Notes: generated by a model not told the origin, from the sequence alone. Counted from the first letter of the stretch, positions 36,309-48,357 are shown. The stretch: 64,000 nucleotides of DNA from Gemmatimonas sp. (GCA_013824755.1 PNOJ01000001.1:14474-78473); one strand, 5' to 3'. Numbers and translations are program-made.

Positions 36309-39300
36309 GTGAAACTGAAGCGGGTGGAACTGCAGGGATTCAAGTCGTTCGTCGACCGCACGGTGCTGGAATTCGACCAGGGCATCACCGCCATCCTGGG
36401 TCCCAACGGCTGCGGCAAGAGCAACATCGTCGACGCGATCCGCTGGGTGCTCGGCGAGCAGTCGGCGAAGCAGCTGCGCGGCACGGTGATGGAGGACATC
36501 ATCTTCAAGGGCACGGCCCGGCGCAAGCCGGTCGGCCTGTGCGAGGTGGCGCTGACCTTCACCAACGACAACCGCGCCATGCGCATCGAGTACGACGAGG
36601 TGACGATCAAGCGCCGGGTCACGCGCGACGGCTTCTCCCAGTACTACCTGAACGACGCGCCGGTCCGGCTGAAGGACCTGCGCGACCTGTTCTTCGACAC
36701 CGGCGTCAACAACACCGCCTACAGCGTCATCGAGCAGGAGAAGATCGGGCGCATCCTGAACGAGAACAGCCAGGAGGTCCGCCAGCTGGTCGAGGAGGGC
36801 GCCGGCATCGTGCGCTACAAGGCCCGCCGCAAGGAGGCCCAGCGCAAGCTCGACCAGACCGAGCAGGACCTGCTGCGGCTGCGCGACATCAGCGAGGAGA
36901 TCGGCCGCGAGGTGCGCTCGCTGCAGCGGCAGGTCGGCAAGGCCCGCCGCTACCAGCGGCTCTACGCCCAGTCCCGCGCCCTGGACCTGCTGCTGGCCGG
37001 CCGCGCCGTGCGCCGCATGGACCAGCGCGAGCAGGAGCTCCGCGAGCGGCGCCAGGAGCTGGCCGTGCTCGCCGAGGCCGACAGCGGCGAGCTGGCCGAG
37101 CTGCGGGCGCGCATCGAGGCCACCCGGCCCGCCGTCGACGAGCGCGAGGCCGAGCGCCACGGCCTCGAGGAGTCGCTGCAGGCCTTCGAGGAGCAGCTGC
37201 GCGTGGTGGAGCAGAAGTCGCTGCTGCTCGAGCACCGCATCGGCGACCACCAGCGCCGGCTCCAGGAGAGCACCGAGTCGGTGGCCGACATCTGCCGCCG
37301 CCGCGAGACCGCGCACGCGGAGCTGCACGACCTCGGGGACCGCAAGCAGGGTCTGACGGCGCGCTCCGCGGACCTGGCCGCCGATCTCGCGCGACTGCAG
37401 GAGGACCTGCAGCTCATCGAGACGCGCTACGACGCCGACCGCGGCGCGCTGGAGAAGGCGTCCCAGCTGAACCTGGAGTTCATCGAGACGGACAACCGGC
37501 GCAAGTCCGAGCTGCGGGAGCTGGAGATCCGGCGCGAGAACCGCCACGAACGCCTGCGGGTCCTCGAGCAGGAGACCGCGCAGCAGCAGGAGGCGCGGCG
37601 ACGCGAGGAGGTCCGGCTGCAGGAGACCGCCGCCCGCCAGACCGAGCTGGCCGAGACCCGCCGCGGGCTGCTCGGCGAGCTGTCGGATGCCGAGCGCCGG
37701 CTCCAGGAATCCCAGGCCGAGCGCGCCCGACTGCGCGACGAGGTCTCGCTGCGCGAGGCGCGCAGCGAGTCGCTCCGCTCGCGCCACGAGCTGCTCAAGC
37801 GCATCACCGAGAGCCTGCACGGCTACGGCGGCGCCGCCCGCGAGGTGCTGCAGACGCGGCGCGGGGATCCCGGGATCCTCGGCAGCCTCGCCGAGCAGCT
37901 GACCGTCGACGAGGGTTGGACCGCGGCCTTCGAGACGCTGCTCGGCGACGTCCTGGATTCGGTCGTGGTGAGCGACGACGGCAAGGCGCTCGACCTGGTG
38001 CGCCTGGTGCGCGAGGCGGAGAAGGGCCGCGCCAGCTTCCTGGTGGCCGACGCCCGCCCGGGCGTCGCCGGCCCGCCGCCCCCGCCGTCGGGGCGCCCCG
38101 CCACCGACCTGGTGCGCGGCGACGGCGCGGCCACGCCCCACCTGCGGCGGCTGCTGTCGCGGGTCTGGGCCTTCGAGACGGACGAGGCCGCGCTCGACGC
38201 GGCGGCCCGCCACGGCGCCGGCGATCCCGTCGCCTGCCTGTCCCGCACCGGCCTGCTGATCACCAGCGACGGCCTGGTGCGCGGCGGTCGCGGCAAGAGC
38301 GAGGAGGTGAGCCTGCTGGGCCGCGGCGAGAAGCTGGAGCGGCTGCAGGAGGACCTCGCCCGGCTCGCGCAGGAGATCGCGGAGCACACCGCGCGCGTCG
38401 CGGACGCCGTGCAGGCCGAGCAGGCGGCGCGGGAACTGATCCAGGCGGGCCGCGGGCGGATGGAGGACCTCGACCGCCGCCTCGGCCGCGTCCACGTCGA
38501 CGAGGCGGAGGCGCGTTCGCGCATCGACGGCGCGCAGCAGCGACTGGCCGCCATCGCGCGCGACGCCGAGCTCGCCCGGGACGGCCTGCGCGAGCTGGCG
38601 CACCAGGAGGCCGGCCTGCGCGGCAACCTGGACGAGAGCGGGCGACTGCGCAGCGACAGCGGCGTGCGCGTCGACGAGCTGCGGTCGGCCGTGAAGCAGA
38701 GCGAGCAGGCGCGCGAGGCGGCGCGGGCCGAGGCCGGCGAGAAGAAGCTGCTGCAGTCGCGCCACCAGGGCGAGCTGCGCGAGCTGGAGGCGGCGCTGGC
38801 CCACCGCCGCGAGTCGGTGGCCGAGATGACGTCGGCCGAGGAGCGCCTGCGCCAGGAGATCGTCTCGCTGCGCGAGGAGCTGGCCGGGATGGAGGAGGAG
38901 ATCGTCAGCCGGCGCGCCCAGCTGGAGGCCGGGTTCGACGAGCGCGAGCGTCGCCGCCTGCTGGTCCAGGCCAGCGCCGAGGCGATCTCGGGCCTGCACC
39001 AGGAGACCGCCGCCTGGCACGACCGCGTGCGGGGGATCGAGTCCCAGCGCACCGCCTGCCGCGACGAGTCCCACGGGCTGGAGACCGAGCAGGCCACGAT
39101 GGAGGTCCGCCGCGCCAACCTCGTCGAGCGGATCGAGGAGCAGTACAAGGGCCGCTTCCGCGAGCTGGTGCGCGCGGTCGACCCCGAGGCCCTGCCGCCG
39201 GAGCTGGAGCGCGACGGCGACGTCTTCCAGGAGGAGCAGGCGCGGGCCCTGCTGGAGGACTCGCGCGCGAAGCTCGAGGAGCTCGGCGCGGTCAACCACC

Positions 39301-40118
39301 TGGCCGTCGAGGAGTTCGAGCAGAAGCGCGAGCGGCTGACCTTCCTCGAGGAGCAGGTCGCCGACGTGGAGGCCGCCCGCAAGGACCTCGCGCAGACCAT
39401 CGACAAGATCAACCGCACGGCGCGCAAGCTCTTCCAGGAGACGTTCGAGGAGATCCGCCGCAACTACGTGGCCGTGTTCCAGACCCTGTTCGAGGGCGGC
39501 CGCGCCGACCTCGAGCTTGAACAGACGGACGACCCCCTGGAATCGAACATCAACATCGTGGCCCAGCCGCGCGGCAAGCGCGTCGACCACATCCGGCTGC
39601 TGTCGGGCGGCGAGCGCTGCCTGACCGCGCTGTCGCTGCTGTTCGCGGTCTACCTGGTGAAGCCGTCGCCCTTCTGCCTGCTGGACGAGGCCGACGCGCC
39701 GCTGGACGACGCGAACGTGCAGCGCTTCGTGCGCCTGCTGCGCGAGTTCGCCGCCAAGACCCAGTTCCTGGTCGTCACCCACAACAAGCTGACCATGGAG
39801 ACCGCCAACCACCTCTACGGCGTGACGATGATGGAGGAGGGGGTCAGCAGCCTCGTCTCGGTCAGCTTCCGCGATGTCGCCGAGGCCGGCAGCGACGCCG
39901 ACCTGGGCCAGGCGATCGCGGCGCGGCGCCGGCAGATCGACGAGTCCGCCGAGGAGCGCGCGGTGCTGGCGACGCCGTCCGGCACCGACGTCACCGCGAG
40001 CCGGTTCGTGCTCGACGCCGGTGACGACGCCGACGAGTTCGACGAGGACCTCGACGCCGACGACGGCACCGCAACCACGGCCGGCGCGACTTCTCCGCTC
40101 GCCATGGAGGCGGAGTAG
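36309..40118 (+). CDS. smc: Chromosome segregation protein SMC
   Basis: Walker A GPNGCGKSN, long coiled coils, hinge, signature LSGGE, Walker B LLDE. GTG start. Confidence 0.9.
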   Translation: MKLKRVELQGFKSFVDRTVLEFDQGITAILGPNGCGKSNIVDAIRWVLGEQSAKQLRGTVMEDIIFKGTARRKPVGLCEVALTFTNDNRAMRIEYDEVTIKRRVTRDGFSQYYLNDAPVRLKDLRDLFFDTGVNNTAYSVIEQEKIGRILNENSQEVRQLVEEGAGIVRYKARRKEAQRKLDQTEQDLLRLRDISEEIGREVRSLQRQVGKARRYQRLYAQSRALDLLLAGRAVRRMDQREQELRERRQELAVLAEADSGELAELRARIEATRPAVDEREAERHGLEESLQAFEEQLRVVEQKSLLLEHRIGDHQRRLQESTESVADICRRRETAHAELHDLGDRKQGLTARSADLAADLARLQEDLQLIETRYDADRGALEKASQLNLEFIETDNRRKSELRELEIRRENRHERLRVLEQETAQQQEARRREEVRLQETAARQTELAETRRGLLGELSDAERRLQESQAERARLRDEVSLREARSESLRSRHELLKRITESLHGYGGAAREVLQTRRGDPGILGSLAEQLTVDEGWTAAFETLLGDVLDSVVVSDDGKALDLVRLVREAEKGRASFLVADARPGVAGPPPPPSGRPATDLVRGDGAATPHLRRLLSRVWAFETDEAALDAAARHGAGDPVACLSRTGLLITSDGLVRGGRGKSEEVSLLGRGEKLERLQEDLARLAQEIAEHTARVADAVQAEQAARELIQAGRGRMEDLDRRLGRVHVDEAEARSRIDGAQQRLAAIARDAELARDGLRELAHQEAGLRGNLDESGRLRSDSGVRVDELRSAVKQSEQAREAARAEAGEKKLLQSRHQGELRELEAALAHRRESVAEMTSAEERLRQEIVSLREELAGMEEEIVSRRAQLEAGFDERERRRLLVQASAEAISGLHQETAAWHDRVRGIESQRTACRDESHGLETEQATMEVRRANLVERIEEQYKGRFRELVRAVDPEALPPELERDGDVFQEEQARALLEDSRAKLEELGAVNHLAVEEFEQKRERLTFLEEQVADVEAARKDLAQTIDKINRTARKLFQETFEEIRRNYVAVFQTLFEGGRADLELEQTDDPLESNINIVAQPRGKRVDHIRLLSGGERCLTALSLLFAVYLVKPSPFCLLDEADAPLDDANVQRFVRLLREFAAKTQFLVVTHNKLTMETANHLYGVTMMEEGVSSLVSVSFRDVAEAGSDADLGQAIAARRRQIDESAEERAVLATPSGTDVTASRFVLDAGDDADEFDEDLDADDGTATTAGATSPLAMEAE

Positions 40119-41168
40119 ATGTTCGGCGCCATCGACCGCCTGCGGCAGGGGCTGCGCAAGACGCGCGACAGCATCGTCGGCCGGCTCGGGGAGCTGTTCG
40201 TCGGCAAGGTCCGCCTCGACGCCGCGACCCTCGACGAGATCGAGGCGTTGCTGATCTCGGCGGACCTCGGGGTCAAGGCCAGCACGCGCATCGTCCAATC
40301 CATCGAGAAGCGCCTGAAGGAGACCGGCGGCGAAGCCACGCTCGAAGGCGTCACCCAGGTGATCCGCGCGGACATCGCCGCGATCCTGCGCGAGGCGCAG
40401 ACCAGCGTGAAGGTGCGCAGCTGGGACGAGGCCGGCGAGGCGCCGGCGCGCGGGCGCAAGGCCCGGGCGGCCCGGACCGCGCCGGCGCCGCCGGACGGCG
40501 GGGCGGTCCCGAGCGGCCCGCGGGTCATCTTCGTGGTCGGCGTCAACGGCACGGGCAAGACCACCAGCATCGCCAAGCTGGCCCACCTGCACAAGCAGGC
40601 GGGCCGGCGCGTGCTGCTGGCGGCGGGCGACACCTTCCGCGCCGCCGCCGTGGAGCAGCTGCGCATCTGGGCCGACCGCGTCGGCGTGGACTTCGTGACC
40701 CAGGGCCAGGGGGCCGACGCCGCGGCCGTGGTCCACGACGCGCTCTCGGCGGCCGAGGCCCGGGGCCACGACCTGGTCATCGTCGACACCGCGGGGCGCC
40801 TGCACACGAAGTCCAACCTGATGGACGAGCTGGGCAAGGTCGCCCGGGTCATCCGCCGCAAGTGCGGCCGGGACCCCGAGACCCTGCTGGTGGTCGACGC
40901 CAACACCGGGCAGAACGGCCTGCAGCAGGCGAAGATCTTCGCCGAGACGGTGCCCGTCGACGGGCTGATCCTCACCAAGCTCGACGGCACGGCCAAGGGC
41001 GGCATCGTCGTCGCCATCGCCGAGACGCTCGGCCTGCCGGTCCGCTACGTGGGGCTGGGGGAGAAGGTCGGCGACTTGGAGGTCTTCGACCCCGAGGCCT
41101 TCGCCGAGGCCCTGTTCACCTTGTCCGGTCCGGAAGACGCGGCCGAGGGCGGGGGCGACCGGCCTTGA
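40119..41168 (+). CDS. ftsY: Signal recognition particle receptor FtsY
   Basis: NG domain GVNGTGKTT, DTAGR, TKLDG. Confidence 0.9.
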   Translation: MFGAIDRLRQGLRKTRDSIVGRLGELFVGKVRLDAATLDEIEALLISADLGVKASTRIVQSIEKRLKETGGEATLEGVTQVIRADIAAILREAQTSVKVRSWDEAGEAPARGRKARAARTAPAPPDGGAVPSGPRVIFVVGVNGTGKTTSIAKLAHLHKQAGRRVLLAAGDTFRAAAVEQLRIWADRVGVDFVTQGQGADAAAVVHDALSAAEARGHDLVIVDTAGRLHTKSNLMDELGKVARVIRRKCGRDPETLLVVDANTGQNGLQQAKIFAETVPVDGLILTKLDGTAKGGIVVAIAETLGLPVRYVGLGEKVGDLEVFDPEAFAEALFTLSGPEDAAEGGGDRP

Positions 41169-41231
41169 CAGGCGTCCGGGCGCCGCATTAGCTTGTGCGG
41201 GCGGCCCTTGGGCCGCGACATTCACCGCGAA

Positions 41232-41395
41232 TCTCAACTTCGGGGCGGGGTGGAATTCCCCACCGGCGGTCACAGCCCGCGACCCGGCGGCGCACCACGC
41301 GCAACCGGCTGATCCGGTGGAACTCCGGGGCCGACAGTCACAGTCTGGATGGGAGAAGTTGGGTCCGGCGCGCCCGTCGACACGGGCGGCCGCTT
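41232..41395 (+). ncRNA. FMN riboswitch (RFN element)
   Basis: CTTCGGGGCGGGGTGGAATTCCCCACCGGCGGT...AGCCCGCGA...GATCCGGTGGAACTCCGGGGCCGACAGT...AGTCTGGATGGGAGAAG matches the RFN consensus. A CGCCCG-TCGACA-CGGGCG hairpin and a pyrimidine-rich tract lie before the ribD start. Confidence 0.85.
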
Positions 41396-41436
41396 CCTGC
41401 CTGCCTCCCGCATCCCGAACAACCGTGTTCAGGATC

Positions 41437-42579
41437 ATGGCGCACAACCGCGGCGACACCGAGTTCATGGCCGAGGCGCACCGCGTCGCGCAGCGCCTGC
41501 CCCGCCGTCCCTGGCCCAACCCGCCGGTGGGCGCGGTGGTGGTGCGCGACGGCGTGATCGTCGGCCGCGGTTCCCATCACGGCCCCGGCGCCGACCACGC
41601 CGAGATCGTCGCGCTGCGCGAGGCCGGCGAGGCGGCGCGGGGCGCGACGCTGTACGTGACCCTCGAACCCTGCAACCACCAGGGGCGCACGCCGCCCTGC
41701 GCGCCGCGGGTGATCGGGAGCGGCGTGGCGCGGGTCGTCGTCGGCGCGCGCGACCCGAACCCGCTGGTGGCGGGCGGCGGGATCGACCTGCTGCGCGGGG
41801 CGGGGCTCGACGTCGCGCTCGGCGTGCTCGGCCGCGGCTGCCTGGAACTGATCTGGCCCTACGTGGTGACGGACGCCTTCCGCCGCCCCTTCGTCACGCT
41901 CAAGACCGCGACCACGCTGGACGGGCGCTTCGCGCCGCCGGGGGCGCCCGAAGGATCGCCGATCTACTTCACCGGCGGGGAATCGCTGCAGGAGACGGCG
42001 CGGCTGCGCCGCTGGCACGACCTGGTGCTGGTGGGCGCGAACACCGTGCGCTGCGATCGGCCGCGTCTGGACGGCCGCCGCGCCGGTGCGGCCGTGCTGT
42101 GCCCCGAAGCCGAGCCCCTGCCGGCCTGCGCCGACGGCGACCTCGCCGAAGCGGTGGGCTGGCGCACCGGCCCGCACCTGGTCTTCACCACCGGAGCGGC
42201 CGACGCCGGCCGGGAGCGCGCGCTGCGCGAGGCCGGCGCCGAGGTCGTGCGCTGCCGGGACGACGGCGGCCGGATCGCGCCCGCGGACCTGCTGGCGCAG
42301 GCGGCGGCGCGCGGGCACTGGACGCTGATGCTCGAGGGCGGTCCCGCGCTCGCGGCGTCGTTCCTGGCCGCCGGCCTGGTCGACCGCTGGGTGCAGTTCG
42401 TGGCGCCGACGCTGGCCGGCGGCGGCCCCCGCTGGGCGGACCGCGGGTTCGCGGCGTCGGCGCGGGACTACAGCCTGACGCGCGCGGTGCGTTCCGGCGG
42501 CGACGCCTGCCTAACCTGGGACCGGACGGACTTCGCGCAGCGGCGCGCGGACCTCTGCGGCGGGAAGGACGGTGACTGA
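41437..42579 (+). CDS. ribD: Bifunctional diaminohydroxyphosphoribosylaminopyrimidine deaminase / 5-amino-6-(5-phosphoribosylamino)uracil reductase
   Basis: CDA motifs HAEIVAL and PCNHQGRTPPC. C-terminal reductase domain. Confidence 0.9.
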   Translation: MAHNRGDTEFMAEAHRVAQRLPRRPWPNPPVGAVVVRDGVIVGRGSHHGPGADHAEIVALREAGEAARGATLYVTLEPCNHQGRTPPCAPRVIGSGVARVVVGARDPNPLVAGGGIDLLRGAGLDVALGVLGRGCLELIWPYVVTDAFRRPFVTLKTATTLDGRFAPPGAPEGSPIYFTGGESLQETARLRRWHDLVLVGANTVRCDRPRLDGRRAGAAVLCPEAEPLPACADGDLAEAVGWRTGPHLVFTTGAADAGRERALREAGAEVVRCRDDGGRIAPADLLAQAAARGHWTLMLEGGPALAASFLAAGLVDRWVQFVAPTLAGGGPRWADRGFAASARDYSLTRAVRSGGDACLTWDRTDFAQRRADLCGGKDGD

Positions 42580-42580
42580 C

Positions 42581-43272
42581 GTGTTCACCGGCCTGGTGCG
42601 CGAGATCGGGACCCTGACGGCCGTGGTCGCGCGCGGCGGCGTGACCGTCCTTACCCTGCGCGCGCCCGTCTGTGCCCCGGACCTCGTTGCGGGCGACAGC
42701 TTGGCGGTCGACGGGATCTGCCTGACGGTGACATCCGGAAGCGCTCGCGGACGCGCGGCCGACCGCGGCCCGCTGGTCACGGTCGAGGCGGTCGCCGAGA
42801 CGCGCCGCAGCACCACGCTCGACGACTGGCGCCCCGGCCGCCGCCTCCACCTGGAACCCGCCCTGCGCGCAGGCGACCGCCTGGGCGGCCACCTCGTGCT
42901 CGGCCACGTCGACGGCGTCGGCCGCGTGCGGCGTCTGGAGCGCGCGGGGGACGCCGCGCGGTTGACCGTGCAGCCGCCGCCGGGCGTCGCGCGCTGGCTG
43001 TTGTCCAAAGGCTCGGTCGCGATCGACGGCGTGAGCCTGACCCTGGACGCGGACCCGGGCGAGACGGGTTTCATCGTGAGCTTGATCCCGCAGACCCTGG
43101 GCACGACACGCCTGGGCGAACTCGTTCCCGGCGACGGGGTCAACCTGGAGGCCGACGTGCTGGCCAAAGGAGCCGTGGCGCGGGGAACCGCGGCGGATCC
43201 CGCGGGCGCGTCGCCCCTGACCTACGAACGCATCCTGGCCCGCGGCTTCCGCGGCCGTCGAGGAGGACAGCG

Positions 43273-43276
<4 letters not shown>
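42581..43276 (+). CDS. ribE: Riboflavin synthase (alpha subunit)
   Basis: FTGLVREIG... with two lumazine-binding repeats. GTG 42581 or 42572. Confidence 0.85.
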
Positions 43277-44535
<1,259 letters not shown>

Positions 44536-44546
44536 AGGAGGAGACC

Positions 44547-45020
44547 ATGGGCAAGACGTACGCGGGGAACTTCCGCGCCGGCGAGCAGCGTCTGGTGATC
44601 GTCGCCAGCCGCTTCAACGATTTCCTGGTCCGGGAGCTGCTGGACGGCGCCCAGGACTGCCTGACCCGTCACGGGGTCGACCCCGAGCGCGTCGACGTGG
44701 CCTGGGTGCCGGGCAGCTTCGAGCTGCCGCTGGCCGCCGCGAAGCTCGCCGACAGCGGCCGCTACGCCGCGATCATCTGCCTGGGCTGCCTGATCCAGGG
44801 CGACACGCCGCACTTCTCGTACATCGCGGCCGAGGTGACCAAGGGGATCGCCCAGGTGGCGCTGGACACCGGCATCCCGGTCTCCTTCGGCGTCATCACG
44901 GCCGACACCCTCGACCAGGCCATCGAGCGGGCCGGCACCAAGGCCGGCAACAAGGGCTTCGACGCGGCGCTCTCCGCGCTCGAGATGATCGACCTCTGGC
45001 GCGCGATCGACGAAGGGTAG
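44547..45020 (+). CDS. ribH: 6,7-dimethyl-8-ribityllumazine synthase
   Basis: Full-length lumazine synthase. GAAGGAGGAG RBS. Confidence 0.9.
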   Translation: MGKTYAGNFRAGEQRLVIVASRFNDFLVRELLDGAQDCLTRHGVDPERVDVAWVPGSFELPLAAAKLADSGRYAAIICLGCLIQGDTPHFSYIAAEVTKGIAQVALDTGIPVSFGVITADTLDQAIERAGTKAGNKGFDAALSALEMIDLWRAIDEG

Positions 45021-45024
45021 GAAC

Positions 45025-45471
45025 GTGGGCAAGCGACGCAAGGGCAGGGAACTGCTCGTCCAGGCCCTCTACGCGGCCGCCCTCAGCGGCCAGGACCTGC
45101 AGGTCTGCGTGGACGACCAGCTGGAGAGGCGCGACGCGCCGGGGGACACGGCCGATTTCGCCCGGTCGCTCGCGGCGCTGATCGCGCAGCACCGGGCGAG
45201 CCTCGACGCGACCCTGGACGGGCTGCTGCAGAACTGGGACCCCGAGCGCGTCGGCCAGGTGGAGCGCGCGATCTGCCGGCTGGCGCTGGCCGAGCTGCGC
45301 TACTGCCCCGAGGTGCCGGTCCGCGTCGCGATCAACGAGGCCTGCGAACTGGCGCGGCTGTACTGCGGGGACGAGGCCGTGGGCTTCATCAACGGCCTGC
45401 TCGACCGTGCGGCGCGGGACCTCGCTGCCGCGCGCGGTCCCGCGGGCGACGGCGGGGGAGGCCCGCGGTGA
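45025..45471 (+). CDS. nusB: Transcription antitermination factor NusB
   Basis: NusB family. GTG start. Confidence 0.85.
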   Translation: MGKRRKGRELLVQALYAAALSGQDLQVCVDDQLERRDAPGDTADFARSLAALIAQHRASLDATLDGLLQNWDPERVGQVERAICRLALAELRYCPEVPVRVAINEACELARLYCGDEAVGFINGLLDRAARDLAAARGPAGDGGGGPR

Positions 45472-46262
45472 GGGTCTCGACCCGGCGCCACTGGCAGGAC
45501 TTCTGGGACGAGGCCGACCGCCTCAGCCTGGACGACGTCTACGGCAACGACGGCCGCATCGTGCGCGAGCTGTTCGCCCTGGGCGATCCCGCGGGCAAGC
45601 GGGTCCTCGAGGTGGGGGCCGGCAGCGGCCGCGACGCCGTGGCGCTGGCCCGCGCCGGCGCGGAGGTCTGGACGCTGGACTACGTGCCGGGGTCGCTGGC
45701 GCTGACCGCGCGGGCCGCCGCACAGGCCGGCGTCCGCGTGCAGGCGGTGAACGGCGACGCCCTGTGCAAGCCCTTCGCCGACGGGACCTTCGACCTGGTC
45801 TACCACCAGGGCCTGCTCGAGCACTTCCGCGACCCGCTGCCCCTGCTGCGCGAGGACCTGCGCGTGCTGAAGCCGGGCGGGCGGCTGCTGGTCGACGTGC
45901 CGCAGACCTGGCACTACTACACCCTGGGCAAGCAGCTGCTGATCGCCCTGGACCGCTGGTTCGCGGGCTGGGAGACGCAGTTCACGCCGGCCGGGCTCGA
46001 GGGCGCCGTCCGGCGCGCCGGCGGCGAGGTGGTGCGCACCTACGGCGACTGGATGGTGCCCGGGCTCTGGTACCGCGCGCTGCGCAAGACGCTGCTGTCC
46101 CGGCTCGGCCTGCGGCTGCCGATGTACCCGGATCCGGTGCCGCCGCTCGGGCGGCTGCTGGCGCGCTGGCGCGAGCGGCACCGCGGGCGTCGCTGGGCCC
46201 TGCACACCGCGATGACCATCGGGGTGATCGTGCGCCGCGACGACGCGGGAGGCGGCGCGTGA
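45468..46262 (+). CDS. Class I SAM-dependent methyltransferase
   Basis: Motif I VLEVGAGSGRD. GTGA overlap with nusB. Confidence 0.7.
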   Translation: MRVSTRRHWQDFWDEADRLSLDDVYGNDGRIVRELFALGDPAGKRVLEVGAGSGRDAVALARAGAEVWTLDYVPGSLALTARAAAQAGVRVQAVNGDALCKPFADGTFDLVYHQGLLEHFRDPLPLLREDLRVLKPGGRLLVDVPQTWHYYTLGKQLLIALDRWFAGWETQFTPAGLEGAVRRAGGEVVRTYGDWMVPGLWYRALRKTLLSRLGLRLPMYPDPVPPLGRLLARWRERHRGRRWALHTAMTIGVIVRRDDAGGGA

Positions 46263-47383
46263 GGATCCTGGCCCTGAATTGGCGCGACGTCGGCGACCCC
46301 CTGGGGGGCGGCGCCGAGCTGCACCTGCACGAGATCCTCAAGGGGGCCGTGGCCGCGGGCCACGAGGTGGACCTGGTGACGTCCGGCTACCGCGGCGCGC
46401 CGCCGCAGGCGACGCTGGACGGCGTGTGCGTGCACCGCCGCGGCCACTGGGCCGTGGCCAACTTCGTGCTGCCGGGCGTCTGCCGCCGCCTGCTGCGCAC
46501 GGGCCGTTACGACCTGCTGGTCGAGGACATCAACAAGGTCCCGTTCTACTCCCCGCTGTTCGCCGGCCGCGTGCCCGTGCTCGCGGTCGTGCCGCACCTG
46601 TTCGGGGCCACGGTCTTCCGCGAGGCCAACCCCCTGGTGGCGTCCTACGTCTGGGCGGCGGAACGCCTGCTGCCGCTGGCCTACCGCGGCCGGGACTTCG
46701 AGGTCATCAGCCCCTCGACCCGCGACGACCTCGCGCGCCGCGGCCTGGACGCCGCGCGGATCCGCACCGTGTACTGCGGCAACGACGCGCGGCGCCTGGA
46801 GCTGCCCGCCCCGCCGCCGCGCGACGATCCCCCGCTGCTCGTCTCGTGGAGCCGCCTGCGCCGCTACAAGAGCGTGGACGTGGCGCTGCGCGCCTTCGCG
46901 CACGTGCGCCGCGCGGTGCCGGGTTCGCGGCTCGTCGTGATGGGCCGCGGACCGGACGAGGCCCGGCTGCGTCGCATGGCGGCTGGCCTGGGCCTCGGCG
47001 GGGATGTCGTGTTCGCCGGCTACCTGCCGGACGCGGAGCTGGCGGCGACCCTGCACCGGGCCCGCCTGTTCCTGAACCCCAGCCCCAAGGAGGGGTGGGG
47101 GCTGACCGTCATCGAAGCCGCCGCCTGCGGCCTGCCGACGATCGCGAGCGACCGTCCCGGGCTGCGCGACTCGGTGCGCGACGGCGAGACGGGCCTGCTG
47201 GTGCCCTACGGCGACGACCGGGCCATGGCCGCCGCCGCCGTCGCCCTGCTGCGCGACGAGGCGCGCTGGCGGACGATGAGCGCGGCCGCCCGCGCCTGGG
47301 CCGGCACCTTCAGCTGGGAGCGCTGCGTGCGCGAGTCCCTGGACGTCTTCGCGGACGTCGCGGCGCGGCGGGGTCGGCCGTGA
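46259..47383 (+). CDS. GT4-family glycosyltransferase
   Basis: EX7E motif EGWGLTVIEAAACGLP...DGETGLLVP. GTGA overlap. Confidence 0.8.
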   Translation: MRILALNWRDVGDPLGGGAELHLHEILKGAVAAGHEVDLVTSGYRGAPPQATLDGVCVHRRGHWAVANFVLPGVCRRLLRTGRYDLLVEDINKVPFYSPLFAGRVPVLAVVPHLFGATVFREANPLVASYVWAAERLLPLAYRGRDFEVISPSTRDDLARRGLDAARIRTVYCGNDARRLELPAPPPRDDPPLLVSWSRLRRYKSVDVALRAFAHVRRAVPGSRLVVMGRGPDEARLRRMAAGLGLGGDVVFAGYLPDAELAATLHRARLFLNPSPKEGWGLTVIEAAACGLPTIASDRPGLRDSVRDGETGLLVPYGDDRAMAAAAVALLRDEARWRTMSAAARAWAGTFSWERCVRESLDVFADVAARRGRP

Positions 47384-48357
47384 GGCGCCCCCGGCAGACG
47401 ACGATCCTGAAGGCGGGGATCAGCCTCGCGCTGGTGGTGTTCCTGTTCGCCTACCGCCCCCTGTCCTGGTCGGCCCTGCGCACGGCCGTGGCGGCTCCGC
47501 ACTGGCCCTGGTTCGCCCTGTCGGGTTGCGTGTTCGCGCTGTCGGCGGTGTGCGGCGCGCTGCAGTGGGCCTGGATCCTGCGCTGTTCGGGGCTGAGGGT
47601 GACCGTCGGCGAGGCGGTCCGGCTGAGCTTCGTCGGGCTCTTCTTCAACAACTTCCTGCTGGGCAACGTGGGCGGCGACGCCTACAAGGTCGTCGACCTC
47701 GGCCGTCGCGAGGGGCGCACCGCCGCGGTGCTGGGGGCGACGCTGCTGGACCGGCTGCTGGGCCTGCTGGCGTTGACCGTGCTGGCCCTGCTGGCGGTCC
47801 CGACCGCGGCGGCGGCGGGCGTGCGCGTGCCGCCGACGCTGCCGCTGTGGCTGGCGCTCGCGGCCTGGTCGCTGGCGATCGCCGTCCTGTTCTCGCGCCG
47901 CGTCTCGGCGCTGGCGGTCCGCGCGCTGACGGCCGCGCGCTGGGGCCGGGCTGCCGACGGCCTCGGCACGATGTTGGCGGAGTTCAAGACCTACCGGGAG
48001 CGGCCCGTCTGGCTGGCCCGCTTGCTCGCCTGGTCCCTGTTCGTGCAGGCCATGCGCGTGTCGACCCACCTGCTGGTGGCGCTCGGCCTGGGCCTCGCCC
48101 TGGACGCGGGCCGTGTCCTGCAGCTGTTCGTGCTGGTCCCCCTGCTGGGCATCCTGGTTTCGCTGCCGGTGAGCATCAACGGGCTGGGCGTGCGCGAGCT
48201 GGCCGCCGCGGAGCTGTTCGTGGCCGCCGGCGTGGTGCCGACCGAGGCCGACGCGGTGGCCATGGAGTTCCTGGCCTACGCGCTGATGGTCGCGGTCAGT
48301 CTGGCGGGCGGCGCGCTCTTCCTGGCCGGTCCGCGACGCCGCCGCGGCGCCGCCTGA
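47380..48357 (+). CDS. UPF0104/lysyl-PG-synthase-TM-like flippase-type membrane protein
   Basis: Eight or more TM helices. Conserved GNVGGDAYKV-like motif. GTGA overlap. Confidence 0.6.
   Translation: MRRPRQTTILKAGISLALVVFLFAYRPLSWSALRTAVAAPHWPWFALSGCVFALSAVCGALQWAWILRCSGLRVTVGEAVRLSFVGLFFNNFLLGNVGGDAYKVVDLGRREGRTAAVLGATLLDRLLGLLALTVLALLAVPTAAAAGVRVPPTLPLWLALAAWSLAIAVLFSRRVSALAVRALTAARWGRAADGLGTMLAEFKTYRERPVWLARLLAWSLFVQAMRVSTHLLVALGLGLALDAGRVLQLFVLVPLLGILVSLPVSINGLGVRELAAAELFVAAGVVPTEADAVAMEFLAYALMVAVSLAGGALFLAGPRRRRGAA

Noticed and set aside
36090-41519. 1809-aa minus-strand ORF antisense to smc/ftsY, and similar long antisense or out-of-frame ORFs (e.g. 955..2391, 732..2318, 28648..29796, 34607..36622, 48296..50950)
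   Set aside because: These are typical high-GC artefacts. They have low-complexity Arg/Ala/Gly/Pro-rich translations and lie antisense to genes with clear homology.
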